Assembly (NCBI GenBank): GCA_964366905.1
Contig: CAYIVQ010000003.1
Span: forward strand, 1-39,180
DNA length: 39,180 nucleotides
Direction of reading: 5' to 3'
Source: an uncultured Candidatus Saccharibacteria bacterium
GTDB lineage: Bacteria; Patescibacteriota; Minisyncoccia; GWC2-36-17; WO2-46-25
Shown: one piece after another, positions 7,374 to 16,775 of the stretch
How positions within the stretch are numbered: position 1 is the stretch's first letter
How the letters are laid out: every line of letters begins with the position of its first letter
Position numbers and translations under genes: made by a program
Notes under the pieces: generated by a model
Seen by the model: only the letters and a program-made list of their open reading frames with translations
Told to the model about the DNA's origin: nothing
Database searches by the model: none

Positions 7374-8690
7374 ATGGCTGACACAATTAAAATGGAGAAT
7401 ATCGTATCTCTCGCTAAACGGCGCGGTTTTATATATCCGGGAGCGGAGATTTATTCCGGGCTTGCCGGCACTTGGGATTTCGGTCCGTTCGGGGTTTTGA
7501 TGAAAAACAACATTAAGGCGGAATGGCTGAAATCAATGATTCAATTGAGAGATGATGTAGTCGGGTTGGATTCGGCGATTTTAACAAGCAAAAAAGTGCT
7601 GGAAGCATCAGGGCATGTCGCCGGTTTTCGCGACCCAATGGTTGACTGTAAAAAATGCAAAAAAAGATTCAGGCCGGACCACTTGCCGAAAGGAGCAGTC
7701 AAATGCCAGGAATGCGGCGGGGAACTGACGGAGCCGAGAATGTTTGATGTGATGTTTAAAACCCATGCCGGTCCGATAGAAGATGACGCCAACAGAGTGT
7801 ATTTGCGGCCGGAAACCGCTCAAGGAATATTCGTGAATTTTGCCAATGTTTTAAAATCTTCCCGCGTGAAAATTCCTTTCGGTATCGCTCAAATCGGCAA
7901 ATCGTTTCGTAATGAAATAACCACGAGTAATTTCATATTCCGCTCTCGCGAGTTTGAGCAAATGGAACTGGAATATTTTGTCCACCCATCAGAAAATGAA
8001 AAATGGTTCAAATATTGGGCGCAAGAAAGATATAACTGGTTTTTGAATCTGGGAATTAATAAAGAAAATATAAAACTGGTGGAGATTCCCAAAGAAGACA
8101 TCGCTCATTATTCCGCCGCCACATCCGAAGTGCATTACAGATATCCGTTCTCCGATGAATATCAGGAGCTTGAAGGCATCGCGGCGCGCACCGATTACGA
8201 TCTTACAAATCATATCAATGCTTCCGGCCAAGACCTCGCTTATTTCAACGAAGAAACAAAAGAAAGATTCGTGCCGTGGGTGATTGAGCCGTCATGCGGC
8301 GTTGAACGCGCGTTTCTGGCGTTTTTGAGCGACGCTTATAATGAAGAGGAAGTTGAAGGAGAAAAACGGGTGGTGTTAAAACTGCATCCAAAAATCGCGC
8401 CGATTAAAGTAGCGGTGTTTCCATTGGTGAAAAACAAAGAATCGCTGGTCAATAAAGCAAAAGAAATTTACGGAGCGCTGAAACAGAATTTTATGGTTTT
8501 CTACGACGAAGCCGGCGCCATCGGCCGCCGCTACCGCCGCCAAGACGAAATCGGCACGCCTTGGTGCGTAACCATTGACTTTGATACTATAGACGACAAC
8601 GCTGTCACCGTCCGCGATAGAGATACGCTCAAGCAGGAGAGAATAGCCATTGATAAATTACAAGAATATTTTGCTGAAAAATTAAGATAA
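7374..8690 (+). CDS. glyQS: Glycine--tRNA ligase (dimeric class II type)
   Basis: SLAKRRGFIYPGAEIYSGLAGTWDFGPFGV, FRNEITTSNFIFRSREFEQMELEYF and the GIGRRYRRQDEIGTP anticodon-binding region are characteristic of this enzyme. Confidence 0.92.
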   Translation: MADTIKMENIVSLAKRRGFIYPGAEIYSGLAGTWDFGPFGVLMKNNIKAEWLKSMIQLRDDVVGLDSAILTSKKVLEASGHVAGFRDPMVDCKKCKKRFRPDHLPKGAVKCQECGGELTEPRMFDVMFKTHAGPIEDDANRVYLRPETAQGIFVNFANVLKSSRVKIPFGIAQIGKSFRNEITTSNFIFRSREFEQMELEYFVHPSENEKWFKYWAQERYNWFLNLGINKENIKLVEIPKEDIAHYSAATSEVHYRYPFSDEYQELEGIAARTDYDLTNHINASGQDLAYFNEETKERFVPWVIEPSCGVERAFLAFLSDAYNEEEVEGEKRVVLKLHPKIAPIKVAVFPLVKNKESLVNKAKEIYGALKQNFMVFYDEAGAIGRRYRRQDEIGTPWCVTIDFDTIDDNAVTVRDRDTLKQERIAIDKLQEYFAEKLR

Positions 8691-8703
8691 AATTTCATTA
8701 CTT

Positions 8704-9969
8704 ATGTTTAATAAGATCACATTAGACAATGGGCTGAGGATCATTACGGTGCCGAAACAAGATAGCTTAGCTGTTACTGTTTTGGTTTTGGTGGAGGCAG
8801 GGTCAAAATATGAAGCTAAAGATATAAACGGCATCTCGCATTTTCTGGAACATATGTGTTTTAAAGGAACGAAGAAGCGACTGCGCGCTATTGATATTTT
8901 TTCGGAGTTGGATGGCATCGGAGCCTCGTATAATGCTTTCACAAGCTTGGAATGCACTGGATATTATGTTAAAGCAGAGCCAAAGCGATTTGATATCGCG
9001 CTGGATGTGGTATCGGATATTTATCTTAATCAGACTTTGGACGTGGAGGAAATCAACAAGGAGCGCGGTGTGATTATAGAAGAAATCAATATGTATGAGG
9101 ATTTGCCGATGCGAAAAGTTCAGGATATGTTTCTTGAGCTTCTTTACGGCGATCAGCCGGCCGGCTGGGAGATTGCCGGCAGGAAAGAAGTCGTGCAAAA
9201 ACTAACCCGTGATGACTTTTTGAAATACAAAAGAGAACATTATCTTTCGCAATCAACTATAGTTGTAGTCGCCGGACAATTTTCCGAATCGGAAGCGGTT
9301 GAAAAAGTTAAACAAGCTTTCAGTCAAATAAAATCAAGTCCCAAAAGCGGCAAGGAGAGAACTAAAGAAGAGCAAGAAAATCCCAAGACTTTTGTGCAGT
9401 TCAAAGAAACAGACCAAGCGCATTTAGTTGTCGGGGTTCGGGCGTTTGATATTTTTGATAAGCGCCGATACGCGCTGGAGGTGCTGTCGGATATTTTAGG
9501 CGGAGGAATGAGTTCACGGCTTTTCCAGAAAATCAGGGAAGAAATGGGAGCGGCTTATTATGTGCATTCCTCGGCTGATTTATATACCGATCACGGTTAT
9601 CTTGCGGCCGCGTGTGGGATTGATAAAAATAAAATCAATGAAGTGGTAGCGGCAATTTTAGAAGAGTTCAGAAAACTTGCGGGAAAACCGGTTGAGCAAG
9701 GTGAGCTACAGCGCGCCAAAGATCATTTGGTTGGCGGGATGATGCTTTCTCTGGAAACATCAGACGCGCTGGCTAATTTTTGCGGCGGGCAGGAAGTGCT
9801 GACCGGCAAAACGATAACACCACAGGAACTGGCTGATAATATTTCAGCCGTCACTTCGGATGATATTATGTCGGTGGCGCAAGATATTTTCAAAAATGAC
9901 AGATTGAATTTGGCGCTTATCGGACCATTTAAGGATAAAAATGAGTTTGATAAATTATTGAGACTATGA
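8704..9969 (+). CDS. M16 family (pitrilysin/insulinase-like) zinc peptidase
   Basis: HFLEHMCFKGT carries the inverted HxxEH zinc motif. The 421-aa, two-domain length is typical of the family. Confidence 0.85.
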   Translation: MFNKITLDNGLRIITVPKQDSLAVTVLVLVEAGSKYEAKDINGISHFLEHMCFKGTKKRLRAIDIFSELDGIGASYNAFTSLECTGYYVKAEPKRFDIALDVVSDIYLNQTLDVEEINKERGVIIEEINMYEDLPMRKVQDMFLELLYGDQPAGWEIAGRKEVVQKLTRDDFLKYKREHYLSQSTIVVVAGQFSESEAVEKVKQAFSQIKSSPKSGKERTKEEQENPKTFVQFKETDQAHLVVGVRAFDIFDKRRYALEVLSDILGGGMSSRLFQKIREEMGAAYYVHSSADLYTDHGYLAAACGIDKNKINEVVAAILEEFRKLAGKPVEQGELQRAKDHLVGGMMLSLETSDALANFCGGQEVLTGKTITPQELADNISAVTSDDIMSVAQDIFKNDRLNLALIGPFKDKNEFDKLLRL

Positions 9970-11336
9970 TTAAACTTAAATTCTGCGGCGGAGCCGGAAT
10001 TGTTACAGGGGCTTGTTATTTTCTGGAAACGCCGAAAACTAAAATTTTGGTTGATTGCGGGATGTTTCAAGGGTCTCGGTTTTCGGAAATTCTAAACGAA
10101 GATAAATTTCCGTTTGATCCGAAAGAAATTGACGCGGTGCTTTTGACTCACGCGCATATAGACCATATAGGTCGCTTGCCAAAACTGCTCAAAGAAGGAT
10201 TTAGAGGAAAGATATTCGGTACTCCGCCAACGATTGATTTTGCCCGCGCGCTCCTCGCTGATGCCGAGCACATCATGAGAATGGAGGCGGAAAAAGAAGG
10301 ATGGCAGCCGATTTACAGCTTAAAAGATGTGGACGCGGTTTTCCCGCTTACAGAGATGGTCGGCTATGAACAAACAATCCAAATTTCCGAAGATTTGTCT
10401 TGTCGGTTTCAAAATGCCGGACATATTTTAGGATCCTCTATTATTGAAGTTTTTGTTGCCAAAGAAGATAATAAGAGCACGAAGATAGTGTTTTCTGGAG
10501 ATCTCGGGAATTCGCCCGCTCCTTTACTGAACAAAACTAAAGACATTGCCGAAGCAGATTACGTCATCATTGAATCCGCTTATGGGGACAGAATGCACGG
10601 ATCAAGAGATGAAACACAAGGCATTCTGGAAGATGTGGTTGAAGAAACAATTAAAGCGGGCGGAGTTTTGATTATCCCTTCTTTCGCGACGGAAAGAACC
10701 CAAGAGCTTTTATACGAACTTAATAAATTAGTGGAAAACGGCAGAATTCCGAGAGTGCCGGTGTTTATAGACTCGCCTCTGGCGATAAAGATAACGGAAA
10801 TTTATAAGAAATATCCGGAATTTTACAATCGAGAAGCCGTTCAGCTTATAAAATCCGGAGATGAGATATTTAACTTTCCCGGATTGAAGTTTTCCGAGAC
10901 CATTGAACAGTCCAAACAGATAAACGCGGTGCATCCCCCTAAAATCATTGTTGCCGGGTCCGGAATGTCGCACGGGGGCAGAGTGCTTTATCATGAAAAA
11001 TTATATCTTCCAGATCCGAAAAGCGCTATTTTAATGATCGGTTATCAAATTGCCGGATCTATCGGGCGGAAGCTTCTTGATGGGGAGCAAATCGTGCGGA
11101 TTCATGGCGCGGATGTGCATGTCAGAGCGAGAGTGATTCAAGTTTCCGGATATTCGGCTCACGCGGACCAAAAGCAATTAATCCAATGGCTTGAACCGAT
11201 GCGTCTGCCGCTTAAAAAAGTTTTTGTGGTGCAAGGGGAAGAGAACGCTTCATCTGTTTTTGCCGGATTGGTCATGGATAAACTGGCAGTGTCGGCGGTT
11301 GTGCCGAAGTTGGGGGAGGAGTTCATTTTAGAGTAA
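9966..11336 (+). CDS. MBL-fold beta-CASP family RNA-metabolising hydrolase
   Basis: LLTHAHIDHIG (HxHxDH) is followed by a beta-CASP-like middle region and the C-terminal SGYSAHADQ motif. The start forms an ATGA overlap with the upstream gene. Confidence 0.8.
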   Translation: MIKLKFCGGAGIVTGACYFLETPKTKILVDCGMFQGSRFSEILNEDKFPFDPKEIDAVLLTHAHIDHIGRLPKLLKEGFRGKIFGTPPTIDFARALLADAEHIMRMEAEKEGWQPIYSLKDVDAVFPLTEMVGYEQTIQISEDLSCRFQNAGHILGSSIIEVFVAKEDNKSTKIVFSGDLGNSPAPLLNKTKDIAEADYVIIESAYGDRMHGSRDETQGILEDVVEETIKAGGVLIIPSFATERTQELLYELNKLVENGRIPRVPVFIDSPLAIKITEIYKKYPEFYNREAVQLIKSGDEIFNFPGLKFSETIEQSKQINAVHPPKIIVAGSGMSHGGRVLYHEKLYLPDPKSAILMIGYQIAGSIGRKLLDGEQIVRIHGADVHVRARVIQVSGYSAHADQKQLIQWLEPMRLPLKKVFVVQGEENASSVFAGLVMDKLAVSAVVPKLGEEFILE

Positions 11337-11358
11337 AAGTATGATATTATTCATTTAT

Positions 11359-11530
11359 AGGACTTACGCGCTTGAGCAAGTAACCAATTAATTTCAGAAC
11401 ATTATCTGCTCAAGCCACAAGGGTTTGCCCAATTTCTTCGTTAAAATCTGCGTTTGAGACTCGCCGTACCAATGTACGCCTCGCCTCAAGCCTCGATTTT
11501 GCCTCGAACTTTGGCAAACGTGTAAGTCCT
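11359..11530 (+). promoter_or_regulatory. Candidate structured 5' leader or riboswitch-like RNA (unclassified), a three-way junction with a long nested arm
   Basis: P1: AGGACTTACGCG with CGTGTAAGTCCT. P2 hairpin: CTTGAGCA(A)G with CTGCTCAAG. P3: GTTTGCC with GGCAAAC, enclosing TTCG..AAAATC with GATTTT..CGAA and a CGTAC-CAAT-GTACG tip. The P1 3' arm ends 6 nt before the ATG at 11537. Confidence 0.45.
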
Positions 11531-11536
11531 AACTTT

Positions 11537-12130
11537 ATGAAACAATCCACTCTTAAATATAAAATTTGCGTTTCCGGCGCCGCTGAATCAAGCGGTTGTT
11601 CCAAGAACGCTTTGGAATTGGCGGCGGAAGTCGGCAAGGAAATAGTCAGGCAGAACGGAGTTTTGATTACAGGCGCCACTTCCGGAATTCCATATTGGGC
11701 GGCTAAAGGCGCCAAAGAAGAAGGCGGCATATCGGTCGGCCTTTCGCCGGCGGCTTCAGAGGTTGCTCACATTCGCAGCTATAAGCTTCCTACGGATTAC
11801 TTTGATCTGATTATTTTCACGGGCTTTGATTATGCCGGCAGAAATCTGCTTTTAACCCGTTCTTCCGATGCCGTTATCACTATTTGTGGCAGAATGGGAA
11901 CATTGAATGAATTCACGATTGCTTTTGAAGATCATAAGCCTCAAGGCGTATTAATTGGTACCGGAGGAGCCGCTGATGCTATTTCAGATATAGTAAATAA
12001 AATGCATAGAGGCAATGGGAGAATTATCTATGATGCGGAACCCAAAAAATTGGTCGCGGAGGTAATTAAACTGATAGAAAAAGAGAGAAAAGTAAAAACA
12101 AAAATGAGGAGAGAGGAAGGATTAATATAA
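11537..12130 (+). CDS. TIGR00725 / LOG-like (SLOG Rossmann) family protein
   Basis: KICVSGAAESSGCS...VLITGATSGIPYWAAKGAKEEGG...ICGRMGTLNEF matches the LOG/TIGR00725 glycine-rich and GxGT..E motifs. Confidence 0.7.
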   Translation: MKQSTLKYKICVSGAAESSGCSKNALELAAEVGKEIVRQNGVLITGATSGIPYWAAKGAKEEGGISVGLSPAASEVAHIRSYKLPTDYFDLIIFTGFDYAGRNLLLTRSSDAVITICGRMGTLNEFTIAFEDHKPQGVLIGTGGAADAISDIVNKMHRGNGRIIYDAEPKKLVAEVIKLIEKERKVKTKMRREEGLI

Positions 12131-12143
12131 TCTCATTAACTAT

Positions 12144-12572
12144 ATGTTTTTTGAACAAACGACAATTATTTTCCAGCTTTTGTTCGCTATGTTTCTCGGC
12201 ATTGTTGTCGGCGCTGATCGGGAAATAGTCGGCAAAGAAGCGGGCATTAAAACCTATTCATTAGTTGCCGTCGGCTCGACAATGTTTACGATTTTATCAA
12301 TGAATCCGATTTTCCCGGACAACGGCAGAATTATTTCCCAGATTATCGTAGGCATCGGGTTTATCGGCGCTGGGCTGATAATATTTCATCAAAACAAAGT
12401 GCACGGGTTAACCACCGCCGCCGCTTTATGGGTTATGGCGGCTATTGGCGTAGCGATAGGCATGGAATATTATTTCCTCGCCGCTTTCGGGACAGCTATC
12501 ATAATGATTGTGCTTTTTGGATTCCGCATATTAAAACTGGAAGAGAGAATTCATAAGATTAATCGTTCATGA
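12144..12572 (+). CDS. mgtC: MgtC/SapB family membrane protein
   Basis: GADREIVGKEAGIKTYSLVAVGSTMF and 4-5 TM segments are typical of the MgtC N-terminal domain. Confidence 0.8.
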   Translation: MFFEQTTIIFQLLFAMFLGIVVGADREIVGKEAGIKTYSLVAVGSTMFTILSMNPIFPDNGRIISQIIVGIGFIGAGLIIFHQNKVHGLTTAAALWVMAAIGVAIGMEYYFLAAFGTAIIMIVLFGFRILKLEERIHKINRS

Positions 12573-13708
12573 AAAATGGGAACTTTTGGTACGCGATAGC
12601 CACGCTTGTTGGCACTATTGTCGGGGTTGGAATTTTCGGCTTGCCTTATGCCGCGTGGCAAGCCGGTTTTTTTATTAGCGCTCTTTATTTATTTGGGCTG
12701 TTTTTTGTTTTTGCTCTTTTGCATTTGATGTTCGGGGAAATTATTTTACGAACCAATGACGGCCATCGTTTACTCGGATATGTGCAAATTTATTTGGGAG
12801 ACAGAGCGAAAAAGTCAGTTCTTTTTATAGCCATATTGGGGGCGCTTGGCGGCATGCTCATATATATTCTCGCGGGCGGGGAATTTTTGAAAATCATATT
12901 CGGTGATTTTTTGACGGATAAATGGCAGGGATACCTGATTTTTTGGGCGATTATGAGTGCCATATTAGTTGTCGGACTGAAAGCCATAAAGGAGTCGGAA
13001 ACCATCATGCTTATTTTTATGGCGGCGGTTGTTATTTTTATGTTTGTAAGCGGATTGCCAAAAATAGACGTTTCAAATCTTTTCGGCTTCAACCCGATGA
13101 ACTTTTTCACGCCTTATGGGATCACTATGTTCGCTTTGGCCGGAACCGTCGCCATCCCCGCGGTTAGAAATATTCTCAAAGGATCAGAGCATCAGATGAA
13201 ATCGGCTATTATCATAGGAACAGCCGTTCCGCTCCTATTTTATTTTCTTTTCATGATATTGGTTGTCGGAGTAAGCGGTAATGCTGTGTCTGAAGACGCG
13301 GTGAGCGGACTGGCCGCCATGCTTGGCGGCCCCATAATTTATCTATGCGCTGTTTTCGGAATATTGTTAGTTGCGACTTCCTATATTGTCTTCGGTCTTT
13401 ATTTGAAAGATACGCTTGTTTGCGATTTAAAAATAAATAAATATCTTTCCGTACTGTTTGTATTGTTTATACCAATCGCGCTGGTACTTTTGGACTTAGG
13501 CAGTTTCGCGGAGATAATAGGTTTTTTAGGCGGAGTTTTTGGCGGGCTGGAATCGATTTATTTAGTTTTGGTTTATAAAAGAGCGAAAAAGTCCGGCGAT
13601 AGAAACCCGGAATATTCGCTTAATATTCCGTCATTACTGCTTAATCTATTGATTATGGTTTTCGCCTTCGGGGTATTTTATACCTTGTTTTTTGATGGCA
13701 AAGTGTAA
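12569..13708 (+). CDS. Amino-acid permease (HAAAP / Trp-Tyr permease-like family)
   Basis: 379 aa with about 11 TM helices. The N-terminal ATLVGTIVGVGIFGLPYAAWQAGF motif is characteristic of aromatic/hydroxy amino-acid permeases. ATGA overlap with mgtC. Confidence 0.7.
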   Translation: MKNGNFWYAIATLVGTIVGVGIFGLPYAAWQAGFFISALYLFGLFFVFALLHLMFGEIILRTNDGHRLLGYVQIYLGDRAKKSVLFIAILGALGGMLIYILAGGEFLKIIFGDFLTDKWQGYLIFWAIMSAILVVGLKAIKESETIMLIFMAAVVIFMFVSGLPKIDVSNLFGFNPMNFFTPYGITMFALAGTVAIPAVRNILKGSEHQMKSAIIIGTAVPLLFYFLFMILVVGVSGNAVSEDAVSGLAAMLGGPIIYLCAVFGILLVATSYIVFGLYLKDTLVCDLKINKYLSVLFVLFIPIALVLLDLGSFAEIIGFLGGVFGGLESIYLVLVYKRAKKSGDRNPEYSLNIPSLLLNLLIMVFAFGVFYTLFFDGKV

Positions 13709-13771
13709 TATAATATAGGCGTACAAAAATATTATATTTATGTTGCGATTATTAGAGAATAAAAGAAAAAT

Positions 13772-14653
13772 ATGGAAGAACAAAAAATAAAAGTGGCAAT
13801 TATTGAAGACGAAGAAGTGCTTTTGAATGTTTTGGAAAACAAGCTAAAGAAAGAAGGTTTTGACGTTGTCACCGCTCTTGATGGGGAAATCGGAGTCAAA
13901 GTCGTTCGAGAAAGCTTGCCTGATATAATTCTTTTGGATATTATCATGCCGAAAGTAAACGGATTTGAAGTTTTGGCCCAATTAAATCAAGATCCTGTTT
14001 TGGCGAAAATTCCGGTTATCATTATTTCCAATTCCGGCCAGCCGGTGGAAATAGACAAGGCGCTGTCTTTGGGAGCAAAAGATTATTTGGTAAAGGCGGA
14101 ATTTGATCCGCAAGAAGTTATAGAAAAGATAAAAAAACAACTTTCATTGCTCGCTTCTCCGCAGTCTGCCGTTCAAAGCGCGAACAGTGATGGCAACCCG
14201 CGAACAGAGAGAGCGGAGCAGTCACCGTATGATGGCAGCTTGAGTCCGAAAATCAATGCCGATATAAATCCAAGTTTATTCACCATTCTTTTGGTTGAAG
14301 ATGACAATTTTTTGAGAGATTTGATATCACAAAAGCTTAAAAGAGAAGGTTTTAATGTTATAGAAGCGATTGACGGCGAGGATGGCGTGAAAAAAACCGG
14401 CGAACACAAGCCGCATCTTATTTTGTTGGATCTTATTTTGCCCGGCATGGATGGTTTTGAAGTTTTGCGGGACATTCATGGCAATGAAAATTTTAAAAAA
14501 ACTCCGGTGATCATACTGTCTAATCTCGGCCAGAAAGATGACATAGAAAAAGGCATGCGGTTCGGAGCAGTTGATTATTTGGTAAAAGCTCACAACACCC
14601 CGGGTGAAATAGTGGATAAAGTGAAGGAGGTATTGGGAAAAACTTACTCATGA
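13772..14653 (+). CDS. Orphan response regulator with two tandem receiver (REC) domains and no output domain
   Basis: Two CheY-like units (IIEDEE...LLDIIMPKVNGFEVL...AKDYLVKA and LVEDDN...LLDLILPGMDGFEVL...AVDYLVKA) are joined by a linker that contains the 42-nt repeat. Confidence 0.85.
   Translation: MEEQKIKVAIIEDEEVLLNVLENKLKKEGFDVVTALDGEIGVKVVRESLPDIILLDIIMPKVNGFEVLAQLNQDPVLAKIPVIIISNSGQPVEIDKALSLGAKDYLVKAEFDPQEVIEKIKKQLSLLASPQSAVQSANSDGNPRTERAEQSPYDGSLSPKINADINPSLFTILLVEDDNFLRDLISQKLKREGFNVIEAIDGEDGVKKTGEHKPHLILLDLILPGMDGFEVLRDIHGNENFKKTPVIILSNLGQKDDIEKGMRFGAVDYLVKAHNTPGEIVDKVKEVLGKTYS
14192..14233 (+). repeat. In-frame GC-rich 42-nt repeat unit (GNPRTERAEQSPYD) in the inter-REC linker
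   Basis: GGCAACCCGCGAACAGAGAGAGCGGAGCAGTCACCGTATGAT is 38/42 identical to the unit at 26659-26700. Confidence 0.9.
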
Positions 14654-14656
14654 TTT

Positions 14657-15595
14657 ATGCCGGAACTCCCGGAGGTTCAAACAGTCGTTTCTCAATTGCA
14701 AAAAGAAATCCCGGGTTTGGTGATCGGGGGTGTTTGGTCTGATTGGCCAAAAATACTTCAAGTTGTCAGTCACGGCAATCATCTTAAAATAAAAAAAACA
14801 TCAAAGAAATCAGCGGCAAAAAAATTAAACGCGCTTTTTCAAGCGTTTGAAAATGATGTTGTCGGAAGAAAAATACAGAAGATAGAAAGGAAAGCCAAAA
14901 ATATTTTAATTTATCTTTCCGACAATTATCTTTTACTTATTCATCAGAAAATGACCGGGCATTTTCTTATCGGGCAATGGGAGGTAGTGGATGGCAAGGC
15001 CTTGGCAAAGACGGAAGGAGCGCTTCAAGAAAAAGTAAACAGCTTCATACATCTCATTTTTTATCTTTCCGATGGCAGAATGCTTGCCTTATCGGATATG
15101 AGAAAGTTCGCGAAAGCGGTTATTGGGCCTCAAGACAAAATATCAGCTCTTCCGGAAATCGCAAAACTAGGCCCGGATCCGCTGGATAAAAGCTTCAAAT
15201 CTTCAGAGTTCAAGAGTTTAATAAACCGAGAGAAAAGAAAAATCAAGCAAGTGTTAATGGATCAAGAAATTATTTCCGGTATTGGCAATATTTATTCAGA
15301 TGAGATTTTGTGGCAGGCGGGGATTCATCCGGCAACGCCGGCGAACATGATTAGTGATGAAAAGATCGGATTGATGTATAATATAATGAAGAAAATTTTG
15401 CGGCTTGCCATTAAAGCAGGCGGGGATTCGATGAGTGATTTTAGAAATATATACGGCGAGGCGGGAAAGTTTCAAAATTATCATCAAGTTTACAGAAGAG
15501 AAGGAGAAAAATGTTCGCACTGTTTGACTATCATAAAACGGATTAAAATAGGAGGCAGATCCGCGCATTTTTGTCCGAAATGCCAATATGAATAA
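14657..15595 (+). CDS. mutM: Formamidopyrimidine-DNA glycosylase (Fpg/MutM), with an internal basic insertion
   Basis: MPELPEV N-terminus, an H2TH region (GIGNIYSDEILWQAGIHP) and a C-terminal zinc finger (CSHC...CPKC). Confidence 0.88.
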   Translation: MPELPEVQTVVSQLQKEIPGLVIGGVWSDWPKILQVVSHGNHLKIKKTSKKSAAKKLNALFQAFENDVVGRKIQKIERKAKNILIYLSDNYLLLIHQKMTGHFLIGQWEVVDGKALAKTEGALQEKVNSFIHLIFYLSDGRMLALSDMRKFAKAVIGPQDKISALPEIAKLGPDPLDKSFKSSEFKSLINREKRKIKQVLMDQEIISGIGNIYSDEILWQAGIHPATPANMISDEKIGLMYNIMKKILRLAIKAGGDSMSDFRNIYGEAGKFQNYHQVYRREGEKCSHCLTIIKRIKIGGRSAHFCPKCQYE

Positions 15596-16682
15596 AAAAC
15601 TCCCAATTATTGTTTTTGCATTGTTAGCGATCGTGATTGTTGGTATTACAGCAATCTCTTATTTTGGCAAAACTGTCAGTTTAAAAAATGGTTCGATTGT
15701 TAACGCGGATGCCACGCTTAAAGATCAGAATTCTGCCAGCACGACCGATGATTTGGCATTTGATGAAAATTGGCCTGAAAACGTTCTTATTGGCCAAAAA
15801 TGCAAAAACGGCGGACAAAGGCCGATTGCCGTTATGCTTGCCGCCGATCAAAAAGCCCGTCCGCTTTATGGAATTTCACAAGCTGATTTAGTTGTGGAGA
15901 TGCCTGTTTTGACAGACGGCATTACCAGATATATGGCTTTATTTTCCTGCGAGGAGCCGGCGGAAATCGGCGCTATGCGATCCGCTCGGCATGATTTTTT
16001 ACCGTTCGCTAAAAGCTTTGACGCGGTTTACGCGCACTGGGGCGGGTCTTATCTTGCGCTTGATTTGCTGAATAAAAAAGTTATGGATAATTTAGATGCT
16101 CTGAAAAATCCATTTGACGCGTTTTACCGCAAGTCAGGACGCTTGGCTCCGCATAATGGATTCACTTCTTTCCCCGCGCTTAAAAACGCGATTGAAAAAT
16201 TCGGATACCGAAATGAGAATAAAGCCGGCGGATATATTCACATCAAAGATGAGCCAATATTGAATTCCGACCAGAATATTTCCATAGCATATCCGGATCC
16301 GTATAATATCGATTTTTATTATAACCGTTCCAGTAATTCATATTTCAGGTCCAGAGGAGGGCAAAAAGAAATTGATTCCGGAAACGGCAGACAGGTTGAA
16401 GTTAAAAATCTTATTGTTATCATCGCCAATTCGCGTCAAGTCAATGTCGATTACAATGAGATGGAAATAGAAGGTGAAGGAAATTTAATCGTATATCGCA
16501 ATGGCGAAGCGATAAAAGGCAAATGGAAGAGGAAGAAAGAGGCGTACGTCAACAAAGAACCGTCCGCGGAAGACAGATATATTTTCTTGAATGAAAACAG
16601 TCAGGAAATCGGCTTGGTCCCGGGCAAAATCTGGATTTCCGCAGCCCAGCCGAATCAAAGAGTGGAGCAGACATTTAAATAA
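15588..16682 (+). CDS. DUF3048 domain protein (YerB-like), N-terminal TM/signal anchor
   Basis: RPIAVMLAADQKARPLYGISQADLVVEMPVLTDGITRYMALF matches the DUF3048 core. Confidence 0.7.
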   Translation: MNKKLPIIVFALLAIVIVGITAISYFGKTVSLKNGSIVNADATLKDQNSASTTDDLAFDENWPENVLIGQKCKNGGQRPIAVMLAADQKARPLYGISQADLVVEMPVLTDGITRYMALFSCEEPAEIGAMRSARHDFLPFAKSFDAVYAHWGGSYLALDLLNKKVMDNLDALKNPFDAFYRKSGRLAPHNGFTSFPALKNAIEKFGYRNENKAGGYIHIKDEPILNSDQNISIAYPDPYNIDFYYNRSSNSYFRSRGGQKEIDSGNGRQVEVKNLIVIIANSRQVNVDYNEMEIEGEGNLIVYRNGEAIKGKWKRKKEAYVNKEPSAEDRYIFLNENSQEIGLVPGKIWISAAQPNQRVEQTFK

Positions 16683-16775
16683 AGTGGCGATGCGAATATA
16701 CGAATATACTAATGATACAAATAAAGAGTATAAAATTTGTATCATTCGCATAATTTGTATATTCGTATCGATACT

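Noticed and set aside
11359-11530. Assigning the structured leader to a known class (M-box, T-box, TPP, ydaO, 6S, SRP).
   Set aside because: None of the signature sequences I know for these classes is present: no CTGAGA/ACCTGA, no T-box AGGGTGGTACCGCG, and no GNRA-capped SRP domain IV. The three-way-junction layout does not fit 6S. It is left unclassified rather than named.
11410-11730. 106-aa minus-strand ORF spanning the structured spacer and the start of the LOG-like gene.
   Set aside because: It overlaps a well-supported plus-strand CDS and the helices of the leader. Its composition is Ala/Ser/Pro-rich and it has no motifs.
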